Below are positions 1 through 9,219 of a DNA stretch of 35,186 nt, piece by piece; within the stretch, counting starts at the first letter, position 1, and each line of letters opens with the position of its first letter. Origin of the DNA: a virus (taxonomy: Duplodnaviria > Caudoviricetes). The translations under genes and the position numbers were made by a program. The stretch is taken from positions 1 through 35,186 of IMG/VR virus record IMGVR_UViG_3300025502_000078; one strand, 5' to 3'. The notes beneath the pieces were generated by a model. The model was not told the origin of the DNA, made no database searches, and saw nothing but the letters and a program-made list of their open reading frames with translations.

Positions 1-1
1 T

Positions 2-304
2 ACTTAGATCAACTGAGTCAACTGTGCCTAATGCACGAATTGCTGTTTGCAATGTTGACGCAACCACGTTGTCACCACTAATTGCTTCAACAGCAAATGT
101 TTGTTGTGAGTTTGTGTCTAACATTGGGCCGACGGCTACAATTGTTGCTGTTGCCGCAACTGCTTTAAGTACAGCCGCCTGTGCACCTTCAGGGCCTGTT
201 GAAGCCGCTGTTGCTACATAATCTACTGTTAAAAATTGTAGGTTACCTATTGATTCAGTATTGTTACTTGTTGCTACTGGATGTGATCTTGTTAATGTTG
301 CCAT
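2..304 (-). CDS. Small Ala/Thr/Val-rich protein, probably virion structural; runs off the window edge (not in the ORF track)
   Basis: ATG at 304 preceded by AGGAG; reads MATLTRSHPVATSNNTESIGNLQFLTVDYVATAASTGPEGAQAAVL... with no stop to the edge; TAAATA box at 350-355 upstream. Confidence 0.75.
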   Translation of the reverse strand, partial: MATLTRSHPVATSNNTESIGNLQFLTVDYVATAASTGPEGAQAAVLKAVAATATIVAVGPMLDTNSQQTFAVEAISGDNVVASTLQTAIRALGTVDSVDLS

Positions 305-349
305 TTTGTATTTCTCCTAATAAATGGGAATTTGTTTCTTCCCTGCACT

Positions 350-355
350 TATTTA
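350..355 (-). promoter_or_regulatory. T4-like late promoter core (TAAATA)
   Basis: Intergenic GCTAAATAAG upstream of the ATG at 304; motif recurs before many genes here. Confidence 0.55.
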
Positions 356-371
356 GCTGAAATTACCAAAA

Positions 372-938
372 TTATGTGTCTAGTTTTACTCCGCTAACCT
401 GTTGATATAGCTGGTGTAAGTCTGAATTAACTACTCTTCTCGACATCTGTAAGAGGCGTTTTTGCATCCATTTGCGGTCTGATGATGTGGATTTTGTAGT
501 ATTTTGCACCATTCTACGCATACGCATTTGATCACCGTCTAGGTTTGGAAACTTGCGTTGTAGAATTAACATTAGTTGGGCAAAGTCGTTTGAATCTAAA
601 TCTCCTTGAGACATAGATCTAATTACTCGTTTAATACGCATTTCAGGAACAGTTATTTCCCAATTGTTAAACAGCTTGTCGGCATATTTGTGTTGTTCTA
701 TAATCATGACCAGCATGTTATATAAATCAGGCATACTTGCTCTGAAGCCATTAAAGTTTAAATTGTTTACTATTTCTTTAGCATACTTAACTGCTTTAGG
801 TTTATCTAGATCATATAATGATCTTAACATCAATAGGTGTGTGAATGTTTGGCTAGCTAACTCGCTGACATTTTTGCCTGCTAGTTGACCTAGTCTACGA
901 TACATTCTTGCTTCTGTAATATCTTTAATAAATTCCAT
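372..938 (-). CDS. Hypothetical protein, possible internal head protein
   Basis: 188-aa ORF coupled to the upstream gene by a TAATG overlap; N-terminus MEFIKDITEA contains an I-x-E motif. Confidence 0.7.
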   Translation of the reverse strand: MEFIKDITEARMYRRLGQLAGKNVSELASQTFTHLLMLRSLYDLDKPKAVKYAKEIVNNLNFNGFRASMPDLYNMLVMIIEQHKYADKLFNNWEITVPEMRIKRVIRSMSQGDLDSNDFAQLMLILQRKFPNLDGDQMRMRRMVQNTTKSTSSDRKWMQKRLLQMSRRVVNSDLHQLYQQVSGVKLDT

Positions 939-2743
939 TATTGTATGTTCTTTGCAAAGTTTGATTTTGAAAATCTTAATCTATCTACAAGTTTAATACC
1001 GCTAGTAACATATCCTTCATGTCCTGGTTCGCCATCTATGCTTGCTTCTATACCTGAACTAGCACCGTCTAGTTGTCTAACAATTTTAGTTTTAATAGCA
1101 CCTATCATTCTAAACAATGTAAACACTAGTTCTAATGCACGAGCATTGTCTGTGCAAAACTTAGTTAGTCTTTCTAATTTTTGTGGAGTTACTTTAGTTG
1201 ATGCAAACTCTAAAAAGCCTTCTGCCATATTACTAAAGTTACCTTGTCGTACTTTAGCATTACCGTACTGTTTCATTAGTGCTGGTAAGTTAGCAAGTTG
1301 GTACTCACGTAGGCTTGCTGGATTAAACAACACATCAATTTTATCTGAGTTCTTTCTTATTGTTGATTCAAGTTCACTTAGTTGTGCTTCTGGCACATCA
1401 ACAGTTGGTGTTTGTGACATTTTAGGACCTAGTATTAATACCTGTCCTTGTCCTAGTTGTGCAATATCGCTGAATGGTTGTCCTGCATCTTCAGGACTTC
1501 TTTTAAATGTGTGTACTGCCAATGCGGCTATGCTGTTACCTATTTGATCACCTAGGTCTGTTCTTTTATCTATTGCATAAGAAACTGTGTTTGGAGTAAA
1601 GGTATACTTACCGTTGCTTTCAGTTGGTGTACCTACATATAGCAAGTCGCCCATAAGATAACCTTTCATACCTTTTGGTGTTTGTGCTTCTAGTGCAGGC
1701 CATATAGTTTTATACATGTTAACAAGGTCACCTCGTTCGCCACTACGTTGTTGCATTATCTTTTCTAATTGTTCAAGACTTGTTGCTAGACCGTTGTAGC
1801 CTTTAGCAGTAAATCCTGACTTGTCTGTTAACACAAACTGTCCTTGAGGATTACGTCCAAATATTATTGCAGGCTTGCCGTCCCATTTAATTGTAATGTC
1901 GGCGGCTTGCTTAGGTAATGATCTTAAAGTAGCAATGGCCTTAAGTGCACCTTGACTAGCACCATCAAATATCATATCTTCAGGATGTTCTATACGAGCA
2001 CCTTCAATGATAACTTCCATACCTTGATTAACAATACGATCTCTAAGGCGTGCCATAAAGTTTGCATCGTTGGCATCTTCTAACACTAATCCATCTCTTT
2101 CAAATGTTTCTTTAGCATCAGCTACTAGTTTTTCATATTCTGGATCTTGTTTAGCTCTGGCTATAATAGTCTCAACTGATCCTAGATCTTTTCGTGTACC
2201 ACCAATTAATATTCTAGCAATTTCGTCTGGGTCTGTTGACAACACTTTATTAGATTCTCTAACTACAAGTCCGTACTTGTAACTCCACTTGAGGCCTCTT
2301 GCTTTAGCAATGCTTGCTAATAGTATATGTCTATGTACACCTTTGAATTCGCTGTTACCAACAACATTTAAACTAAACTTCTGCCATTGTGGATTACCAA
2401 ACATAAAGTCTGTCTGCACGTAACCATTTGTTGGATCACCTTTTATAGGTGCTTTGTAATGCACACTGTCGCCCGACTTAGCGATATCTTTATCGTCAAC
2501 GCCCTTTGCCTTCAATGACTGTATTAATTGGTCTTTTGTAATTTTTGTAACATCAACTGCTAGATCTAAGTCTCCACTGGTCGCAGTGTTTCCTGTACTA
2601 CCTAACATATTATCTAATAGAGACAGTCCAGTAAGTTTTTCTAACTGTTGTACTGTTGGTTTGACATCCGCAAGATTAATCCTTTGAGTTAAAGGTGTTC
2701 CGGTTTCGTCTTTGAATACGTTTCCACCCTCAAGTATTATCAT
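938..2743 (-). CDS. Two-domain protein: N-terminal Pol-beta-type nucleotidyltransferase-like domain plus C-terminal ATP-dependent ligase-like adenylation domain
   Basis: LGSTG...SGDLDLAVD (GS + DxD) and VQTDF in the N-half; TIKWDGKP (KxDG motif I), GDLLY, EGYV and IKLVDR in the C-half. Confidence 0.6.
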   Translation of the reverse strand: MIILEGGNVFKDETGTPLTQRINLADVKPTVQQLEKLTGLSLLDNMLGSTGNTATSGDLDLAVDVTKITKDQLIQSLKAKGVDDKDIAKSGDSVHYKAPIKGDPTNGYVQTDFMFGNPQWQKFSLNVVGNSEFKGVHRHILLASIAKARGLKWSYKYGLVVRESNKVLSTDPDEIARILIGGTRKDLGSVETIIARAKQDPEYEKLVADAKETFERDGLVLEDANDANFMARLRDRIVNQGMEVIIEGARIEHPEDMIFDGASQGALKAIATLRSLPKQAADITIKWDGKPAIIFGRNPQGQFVLTDKSGFTAKGYNGLATSLEQLEKIMQQRSGERGDLVNMYKTIWPALEAQTPKGMKGYLMGDLLYVGTPTESNGKYTFTPNTVSYAIDKRTDLGDQIGNSIAALAVHTFKRSPEDAGQPFSDIAQLGQGQVLILGPKMSQTPTVDVPEAQLSELESTIRKNSDKIDVLFNPASLREYQLANLPALMKQYGNAKVRQGNFSNMAEGFLEFASTKVTPQKLERLTKFCTDNARALELVFTLFRMIGAIKTKIVRQLDGASSGIEASIDGEPGHEGYVTSGIKLVDRLRFSKSNFAKNIQ

Positions 2744-3318
2744 GCTTTTATGTCGCCTTTAGCAACTTCATCTCTGATTCTATCGTATATTTCTCGTTGT
2801 TGCGGATCTTTAAGATTCAATTCCATGTTACCTGCTGTGGCAATATCCCCCACAACTTTAAATGGAGCAGTGTTAGCTCCTGCCAATTGGCCCGCTTGCG
2901 GTGCACGTGATGGTTCCGATTCTGGATCTAATGCTAACTTGCTTGCATTAGTTAATATTGTGCTAAATGATTGTTCTGTTTGTTTTGGATCACTAGTGAT
3001 CTTGTTTACTAGGTTAGCAACTATTCCCTGAAAGTCACCGCCGGTGCTTTTTAATTGATAAGATCCTAATAGATTATCGTCTATCCATTTAGTTAACTGT
3101 TGTGTCTCTTGTTGTTTTGTTAGGGGGTTGTAATCATTGATACGTTCTAAATTTTGTTTCATCTTGCCCCAAGCTCTTGCGGCCACTTGCGACATTTGTG
3201 CTATTGCCTGAGCGTTTACACGAGTGTCCTTAGATTGTGTGTACCCTTGTACAGCCGCTTTGGTACCTTTAACAAGTCGGTCTAGTATGCCTGCTTCTGT
3301 AATTTCATTAATCTTCAT
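2740..3318 (-). CDS. Hypothetical protein, possible internal head protein
   Basis: 192-aa ORF overlapping its neighbours; N-terminus MKINEITEAG. Confidence 0.7.
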   Translation of the reverse strand: MKINEITEAGILDRLVKGTKAAVQGYTQSKDTRVNAQAIAQMSQVAARAWGKMKQNLERINDYNPLTKQQETQQLTKWIDDNLLGSYQLKSTGGDFQGIVANLVNKITSDPKQTEQSFSTILTNASKLALDPESEPSRAPQAGQLAGANTAPFKVVGDIATAGNMELNLKDPQQREIYDRIRDEVAKGDIKA

Positions 3319-3553
3319 CTTTACGTCTCACTGACCTATAAAACTTTTTTGGATCTCTAGTTTTAATAGCGTTAACGAACTTACGTTGAAGGTCGTCTGC
3401 TTGGTCTCTGTCGTATGCCATATCAATCTGTTCAAACAGATTAATTGCTGACTGGATAATATTACTGGCACGGCTTTCAACAAGATGTGTTTTATCTTTT
3501 GGAATGTGCAAGTCATTTAGTTCGTCTAATATACTTCTAGTCTTTTTTTGCAT
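3308..3553 (-). CDS. Small hypothetical protein
   Basis: 81-aa helical-looking ORF in operon context; TAAATA at 3579-3584 upstream. Confidence 0.7.
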   Translation of the reverse strand: MQKKTRSILDELNDLHIPKDKTHLVESRASNIIQSAINLFEQIDMAYDRDQADDLQRKFVNAIKTRDPKKFYRSVRRKDED

Positions 3554-3568
3554 GGTTTATTATTCTCT

Positions 3569-4246
3569 CTAGTTTGTATATTTATCAACTTCATAAACAT
3601 AATATTCTTTAAGATTTATTTCATGTTCTGCCTCATGAAATACCTCAGCTTCGAAACTTCTTAAAAGGTTTTGATTATACAAGAATGAGTTCTGTTCTTG
3701 CCATCGGTTAATTGATTGCTTGTAATTATATTTTTGTATAACACTAATGAATTCTGGTTTCATCTCTACAATGTCAGAGAATTCTAAGTTAATTACCTTA
3801 TCTAGTTTAATTGGCCTAAATGGTTTAAGATAATTTTTAGCTGTTTCTTTAGCTTTATCTCTATACCCCTGATCGTTGCCTGTCTCTGCTAGCCAAGGGT
3901 CACTGGGAATATAATAATGGTTAACTGCTCTGATCCACCTATAGAGTCTACTCTTATACGTTGATGTAGTAATATTAATAATACTGTTAACAGATTCTAA
4001 CGGTGTGTTTCCTAACCAACAATGTGTACCTATCCATTCAGGCTTACCCCACTTTTCTAATTTAGTAAACAGTTTTTTCTGATCGAATTCTTCAAAAATT
4101 GATTCAGTATCTCCTATCTTGCCAGCGTCGTGGTGGAGGCTTGCTATTCCTCCGTTATATATACTAACCACTGAAAACGAATCGTTTAATATGTCGCATA
4201 ACATTCCGCCACAGGTATAATGAGGGAAACATACTAGATTATACAT
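3569..4246 (-). CDS. Hypothetical protein (N-terminal loop weakly sulfotransferase/P-loop-like)
   Basis: 225-aa ORF overlapping the upstream gene; LVCFPHYTCGGML start; function not assignable. Confidence 0.55.
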   Translation of the reverse strand: MYNLVCFPHYTCGGMLCDILNDSFSVVSIYNGGIASLHHDAGKIGDTESIFEEFDQKKLFTKLEKWGKPEWIGTHCWLGNTPLESVNSIINITTSTYKSRLYRWIRAVNHYYIPSDPWLAETGNDQGYRDKAKETAKNYLKPFRPIKLDKVINLEFSDIVEMKPEFISVIQKYNYKQSINRWQEQNSFLYNQNLLRSFEAEVFHEAEHEINLKEYYVYEVDKYTN

Positions 4247-4970
4247 TGCATATCTTTAATAATGAGTCTTTCCATTTCTCTTCTCTGTCAGGATCATAAG
4301 CAATAAATTCAATGCCATCGACAAGATCAACTATCTTTTGATCTAGTTTAATATTTAATTTAGGTAATATTTTTTCTTTAAGATAGGTTAAATGAATAAT
4401 GGGTTTTGGTTGCACTTCATCGCCTCTATTAGAAAATTTTTGAGAATACGATTCCATACCATCGGTGTCAACCCAAGGTAATACTTCTGTGTCTTTGTCT
4501 AAAAAGTCAACAGCATAAGTTGAAAAGTATAGATGTTTAATCCCTAAAGATTTTAACGTGTGTGATAAGGATATAGCAAATAATTTAGATCTATTTTGAG
4601 ACTGGGTTGGTCCAACTAATCGATGATAACTTTTAATTATTTCTAGTTTAGATGCACTTGAACTCCACCAAGTTTGACCAAACACTGTTGCTTCTATATC
4701 CTTATATATTGGATCAGCTTGTTTAATAGTTGTTGAATACTCATCTTCTAATAGTTTATCAAATCTATTAGACTGAGCCCATTGAACTAAAAATATATCA
4801 TCCGATTTTGCCTTAACGGCCGCTTTGATTGCACAATTAAAGATAAACTCATTACCAGCTCCAATGTGTCCGTAGTTTTCTACGGAGCCAGTGAGTGCAT
4901 CTAAGAGTTGAGGCCATTCAGGCCATATATGTCCTGATGCAAATCCATCGCCAAATGTGTAGATCTTCAT
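4239..4970 (-). CDS. SGNH/GDSL hydrolase-like protein with non-canonical catalytic residues
   Basis: IYTFGDGFASG (GDS-like block I), GAGNE block II, DEVQP where DxxHP is expected. Confidence 0.55.
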   Translation of the reverse strand: MKIYTFGDGFASGHIWPEWPQLLDALTGSVENYGHIGAGNEFIFNCAIKAAVKAKSDDIFLVQWAQSNRFDKLLEDEYSTTIKQADPIYKDIEATVFGQTWWSSSASKLEIIKSYHRLVGPTQSQNRSKLFAISLSHTLKSLGIKHLYFSTYAVDFLDKDTEVLPWVDTDGMESYSQKFSNRGDEVQPKPIIHLTYLKEKILPKLNIKLDQKIVDLVDGIEFIAYDPDREEKWKDSLLKICNV

Positions 4971-6373
4971 TGGGTTTTAATCTGACTTAGTAGACTTTTT
5001 AATTTGCTACTTTGTATGTCAGCTGTTACTTTACCGTCTTCTTTTTTAGATTCTGTTGCTCCATCAGACACTGTGCTAGTAGATTTAACTGAGTCCATAA
5101 TTTTACTGCCGCTCGGTGATGGTCTATTGTAATCACTCTGCCCTTCTTCACCCAGATCTGTGATACGCAATGTATCTACATTAAATTCTAAATCTACTTT
5201 TTGTCCAACACCCGAACTTGATCTAGTCTTCATTAACTGTATTTGATATCTGCCACGTTCTCGCATTGCACGACTTGTAAAAATACCAAACACATTATCA
5301 GCAGTATTAATTTTACTCAACCCACCTGCAATGTGACTGTGATCAAACTCTACTTCTTCCACTGCACCCCTATTCAACTGCGATGCTGTAACAAATATAA
5401 TGTCTAGTTCTTTTGCTAGGTTACGCAATTCTTCTGACACATACTTGTCTTTAACAAACAAATCATTTGGCGACACTTTAGCACTCACCGGCATCAACAA
5501 ATCTAAGTAGTCAACACAAAGAAAGTCTGGCTTTTTACCAGTTTGTATTTCAAGTTCTTTCATGTATGCTCTGATGTCATTTACTGTTGACTGTGCTGGC
5601 ATATATTTAATACGCAAGTGTCCTGCTTTTTTACCTGCAAGTTTAACTTTCATTTCAACATTGTCAATATCTCTAAATATTTCTTTTGATGCAGTGTTAG
5701 TCATCATTGAATCCATACGCATAGCACACAAGCCTTCACTTAACTCTAGTGTTAGATAACAGCCGTTCATACCCAGCATTGCCCAGTTTACTGCCATGTT
5801 CTGCATAAACAAACTTTTACCTGAGCCGGAGCCTCCTGCCCATATCTGTAGTTCACCTCTGTTAAATCCGCCATACAACAATCTATCTAACATTGGCCAG
5901 CCTGTTGATACTTGCCCGTTACTAGACTTAATTTCCATTAGTCTGGCCTTAGGATCTAAGAAGTAATCTGTGCCCATATCTTTTGTTAATGATATCTGTA
6001 CTGCATCTTTGATTAGTTTCTCTACAGGATCGTAGTCACCTTTTTCTAATAAGTCAGCCGATTTTAGAATTGCACGTTCTAATTCTTGTCTACGTGTAAA
6101 CTTTTCAAACTCTTCTAAGAACCAATCAAAGTGTCCGTCTTTGGCTTCAGGTATTGGTGACAATTGAATTTTAGTAACAGCAGATACCTGCTTCATGTCA
6201 GGCATAGTGTTATGTTTGTCTGCGTGGTCTTTAATAAACTTTGCACATTCTATTAGACTACGATCAAAATTTTCTGGATTAAAGATATTTTGTATACGAG
6301 TATAACTCTGTGCATCTTGCAACATCATTTCAAGAAATAATCTTTGTATGTCAATTCCGTATTCTTTTAACAA
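4967..6373 (-). CDS. gp41: Replicative DnaB-like helicase (T4 gp41-like)
   Basis: Walker A GGSGSGKS, LELSE, VDYLDLL, TASQLNR, KINTADN, KTRSS; directly downstream of primase. Confidence 0.93.
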   Translation of the reverse strand: MLKEYGIDIQRLFLEMMLQDAQSYTRIQNIFNPENFDRSLIECAKFIKDHADKHNTMPDMKQVSAVTKIQLSPIPEAKDGHFDWFLEEFEKFTRRQELERAILKSADLLEKGDYDPVEKLIKDAVQISLTKDMGTDYFLDPKARLMEIKSSNGQVSTGWPMLDRLLYGGFNRGELQIWAGGSGSGKSLFMQNMAVNWAMLGMNGCYLTLELSEGLCAMRMDSMMTNTASKEIFRDIDNVEMKVKLAGKKAGHLRIKYMPAQSTVNDIRAYMKELEIQTGKKPDFLCVDYLDLLMPVSAKVSPNDLFVKDKYVSEELRNLAKELDIIFVTASQLNRGAVEEVEFDHSHIAGGLSKINTADNVFGIFTSRAMRERGRYQIQLMKTRSSSGVGQKVDLEFNVDTLRITDLGEEGQSDYNRPSPSGSKIMDSVKSTSTVSDGATESKKEDGKVTADIQSSKLKSLLSQIKTQ

Positions 6374-7328
6374 GTTTCTTCCTCATAAGTTCAATTTTAA
6401 TCTTACTAGTTTCTCTGTTATTCATAATAGTTATCAGAGTTCCTAATCTGCCATAACGTTTTACTGCATCATTTACATCTTTAACACCTTCGTGCCATTC
6501 AGGCATACTTACTGCCCACCCTAATTCTACTGCTCGTTCAACAAGTTTTAATCCTGCCTCGTCTTGGTCTGGTACTACTGTTATTTCTTTACGCAAGCTG
6601 GTAATCAGTTGTGCTTGCTTTGCATTAATATCATTATGTAATACTGCTAAACAATTCAGACTAAGTGCATCAAATATACCTTCAACTACTATTGCCTGTG
6701 TCCAATGATCTTGTTGTAAGTCAGTTCCAAACACATAGCCCTGTTGCTGTTCATTGATAAACTTTGGTTGTCTATCATCTAAGTATCTAGCTGACCAGCC
6801 AACTATTACTCCATCATATGTATATGGTATAACAATACGCTCTGCTTGTCTACCTTTTTGGTCTGGACTTATCATATAAGGATAGTCACCTGGATCAACT
6901 GCTCTAGACTCTAGATATTCAACATATGGTTGATCTGATTCTTCTATTAGTCTTAATTCCTTAGGTAACTCTAATGTGTTAAATGTTACTTTGGTAAGTT
7001 TAGTTTGTGTTCTATCTTCTGCTAGCTGACCAATATCTTTATGTCTTAAACTTTCTAAGTTAAGTGTTGAAATTGTGTTCTGATCAACACCCATCCAAGC
7101 CAACAGCTTACGAGTTTTAAATGACAGTGTTCTGCCCAGTTTAAAACTTGCCTTGTATCCACAATTGAAACAGTGATAACTCCAGTTTTCGCCATCGGGC
7201 TTTATACCGCCTCGCTTTCTTTTATCTGCCCTTTCTCCATTATGCTGGCAACAGACTGCATTGAATGAAACCCATCCACTTGAAGTTTGTTTGTGTTTGC
7301 CTGGTATAACAGATAAGATATCTAACAT
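6351..7328 (-). CDS. gp61: DNA primase (T4 gp61-like)
   Basis: Zn-binding CCQH...HCFNC; TOPRIM VVEGIFDAL, PDQD, KDVNDA; ATG at 7328 preferred over TTG at 7331. Confidence 0.9.
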   Translation of the reverse strand: MLDILSVIPGKHKQTSSGWVSFNAVCCQHNGERADKRKRGGIKPDGENWSYHCFNCGYKASFKLGRTLSFKTRKLLAWMGVDQNTISTLNLESLRHKDIGQLAEDRTQTKLTKVTFNTLELPKELRLIEESDQPYVEYLESRAVDPGDYPYMISPDQKGRQAERIVIPYTYDGVIVGWSARYLDDRQPKFINEQQQGYVFGTDLQQDHWTQAIVVEGIFDALSLNCLAVLHNDINAKQAQLITSLRKEITVVPDQDEAGLKLVERAVELGWAVSMPEWHEGVKDVNDAVKRYGRLGTLITIMNNRETSKIKIELMRKKLVKRIRN

Positions 7329-8059
7329 CAAACTAGTATAACAGAATTTATCTCCGGAATCAACTGTTTTGATATCATTTGGTGACCAATTTCATTGGGG
7401 TGCCCGCCTGGACATGTGACTAATTCTTTCTCAGGATGTCTTACTATCCAACTACAGTAATTACGCTCAGGCCATAACAATGTAGGAACATCTACAGGAG
7501 TAACTGGTGGCATAATATGGAATTGTAGCATTGGTATGTTTAATCTAGCACTCTTACCATCAAATAATCCAACAGCTTGTTCATAGTTGTATTGACGTAG
7601 TTCTTCACAATCACTATAAGCAATTAATTTTTTACCTACATCTCGAAAGTGTTCAGGAATAACACTGCTACCATAATCTACCCACGCTGAATGTATGAAT
7701 TTGTTCCAAACAGGATCGTTTGAATAATGCTTGTGTTCGGGATCAAATAAACTAAAACGATCGTTGTCAGTTGTACCGTGCAGTACTAGACAGTCTTCTG
7801 GATTTGGTTCGTGTCGTAGCCACCAAAGAAAAGTCCACATAGCACTTTGTAAGCTACCACCTGGTATGCCAAAGTTTTCAACAGGAACAGCATAGTGCTG
7901 ACCTAATTGACCTAAGAAACAGTTAGTTTCTCTGTAGTCTACATTTTGAGTCCAACAAGAGTGTGCTTCTTTATCTTGTTTAGCTAGGGTAGGATCTAAT
8001 AGTTCGTCACCGTAAATCCAGCTGTCACCGAATCCAACGATTTTTTTGATTTTGTTCAA
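7328..8059 (-). CDS. SGNH/GDSL hydrolase-like protein
   Basis: VGFGDSW block I, NFGIPGGS block II, GGHPNEIGH block V. Confidence 0.7.
   Translation of the reverse strand: MNKIKKIVGFGDSWIYGDELLDPTLAKQDKEAHSCWTQNVDYRETNCFLGQLGQHYAVPVENFGIPGGSLQSAMWTFLWWLRHEPNPEDCLVLHGTTDNDRFSLFDPEHKHYSNDPVWNKFIHSAWVDYGSSVIPEHFRDVGKKLIAYSDCEELRQYNYEQAVGLFDGKSARLNIPMLQFHIMPPVTPVDVPTLLWPERNYCSWIVRHPEKELVTCPGGHPNEIGHQMISKQLIPEINSVILV
7335..7363 (-). promoter_or_regulatory. Sigma70-type promoter for primase-helicase
   Basis: TTGATT-17 nt-TATACT with extended TG; ATG 6 nt downstream. Confidence 0.6.
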
Positions 8060-8066
8060 ATAGTGC

Positions 8067-8822
8067 CTATCTTATTTTAATTTCTGATATGCTACCACTT
8101 GTTTCTTCTATGCGTAACCTAAGATACGGATGGTAACCTGATACAGTTATATATCCGGTTGAGCTAGATGCCGACAAAGAAATCCCCGACCCTATGTTAT
8201 ACCATAAATTATCATCTGCTGTTGCACCTTCAACTTGAATGTCTCCAGTAAATGCACTAGGTTTGTATTGTAGTGATTGAACATCATTGGTACCATTCCA
8301 TTCGCTTGAGTAATGAGTAGTAATACCTGCGCCATCATTGAAACTTGGAATTGTAACTGTTGTACTTTGGGTGTGTGTCGGCATAATTGAATTAACAATA
8401 TCAACAACACCTCTACCTCCAAGGTTGTCATCAACAAATACTGCATCATTTAATGCACTAGTTGAAAGACTGCGTTCAATTGTATAGTGTGCCGTTTGTA
8501 TATCTATTGAATCTAAATCCTGCTCAGTTACTGTAACCGATGCAGTACCTTTAGTAGCGTCAATGGCATCCATAGTTTTAGCAAGAATTAGATCACTGCC
8601 TTCACCATTGATTAACCTAAATGTAAAGGTTGCTGTGGAATTATTAACAGGTTTTTGGTCCTGATTAACAAATGTAAACACTAAGACGTTGTCTGTGCCT
8701 TTGTGTAATTTTAGTTTTTTTGCATACACGGGATTGTACCTCACTGATGTTAGAGCCTGAGTGGTGTCTCGTAATACCACTTGGTGTTTTTGCTTATATA
8801 AATAGACTTGAGTTGTAAACAT
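8067..8822 (-). CDS. Probable virion structural protein (beta-rich, Thr/Ser-rich)
   Basis: 251 aa with Ig/baseplate-adaptor-like composition; TAAATA box 6 nt upstream of the ATG. Confidence 0.55.
   Translation of the reverse strand: MFTTQVYLYKQKHQVVLRDTTQALTSVRYNPVYAKKLKLHKGTDNVLVFTFVNQDQKPVNNSTATFTFRLINGEGSDLILAKTMDAIDATKGTASVTVTEQDLDSIDIQTAHYTIERSLSTSALNDAVFVDDNLGGRGVVDIVNSIMPTHTQSTTVTIPSFNDGAGITTHYSSEWNGTNDVQSLQYKPSAFTGDIQVEGATADDNLWYNIGSGISLSASSSTGYITVSGYHPYLRLRIEETSGSISEIKIR
8797..8804 (+). promoter_or_regulatory. Perfect T4 late promoter TATAAATA upstream of 8842..9219
   Basis: TATAAATA 37 nt before the ATG at 8842. Confidence 0.5.
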
Positions 8823-8828
8823 ATAGAG

Positions 8829-8834
8829 TATTTA
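8829..8834 (-). promoter_or_regulatory. Late promoter core TAAATA, leaderless arrangement
   Basis: GATAAATACTCTAT-ATG. Confidence 0.6.
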
Positions 8835-8841
8835 TCAGTCA

Positions 8842-9219
8842 ATGAGTAATGAATTCTTTAAAGAGTTATCAGACAAGTATCCATTTGTTACAGTAGTCAG
8901 TTATGCTGGTGCCGAGTACGTTGGTATTATGCAAAATCGCGACACTACTGTTACTACTCTGTACGACTTTGGCCGCATTGTAGATCTAGAATTAAAACAA
9001 CGGTTCTTAGAACTTGCTAATGTTTGGTGGTGGGAATCAAATCGTTCAATACCAATTAACATATTCCTACGTGAAGAATGGTCAATATTTAAACCTTACT
9101 TACACACATTTATTAATAAAGATTTAGTAATACTATTGGGCCCAAGTATTAGTTTAAGTGATTTAGCAAAGAAACGTACTAAGAAAAAATCAATTACACT
9201 TGTTCGTCGAGTTGAGTAA
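8842..9219 (+). CDS. Hypothetical protein
   Basis: 125-aa ORF filling the gap between minus-strand genes; protein-like sequence (WWWESNRSIPINIFL). Confidence 0.75.
   Translation: MSNEFFKELSDKYPFVTVVSYAGAEYVGIMQNRDTTVTTLYDFGRIVDLELKQRFLELANVWWWESNRSIPINIFLREEWSIFKPYLHTFINKDLVILLGPSISLSDLAKKRTKKKSITLVRRVE

Noticed and set aside
24-3031. Plus-strand ORFs 24..221, 664..888, 945..1547, 2070..2282, 2750..3031
   Set aside because: Antisense shadows of well-supported minus-strand genes, with no motifs or SD.
4967-6373. Intein in gp41 (also checked uvsX and the terminase fragment)
   Set aside because: Motifs are contiguous, lengths are normal and no Hint blocks are visible.
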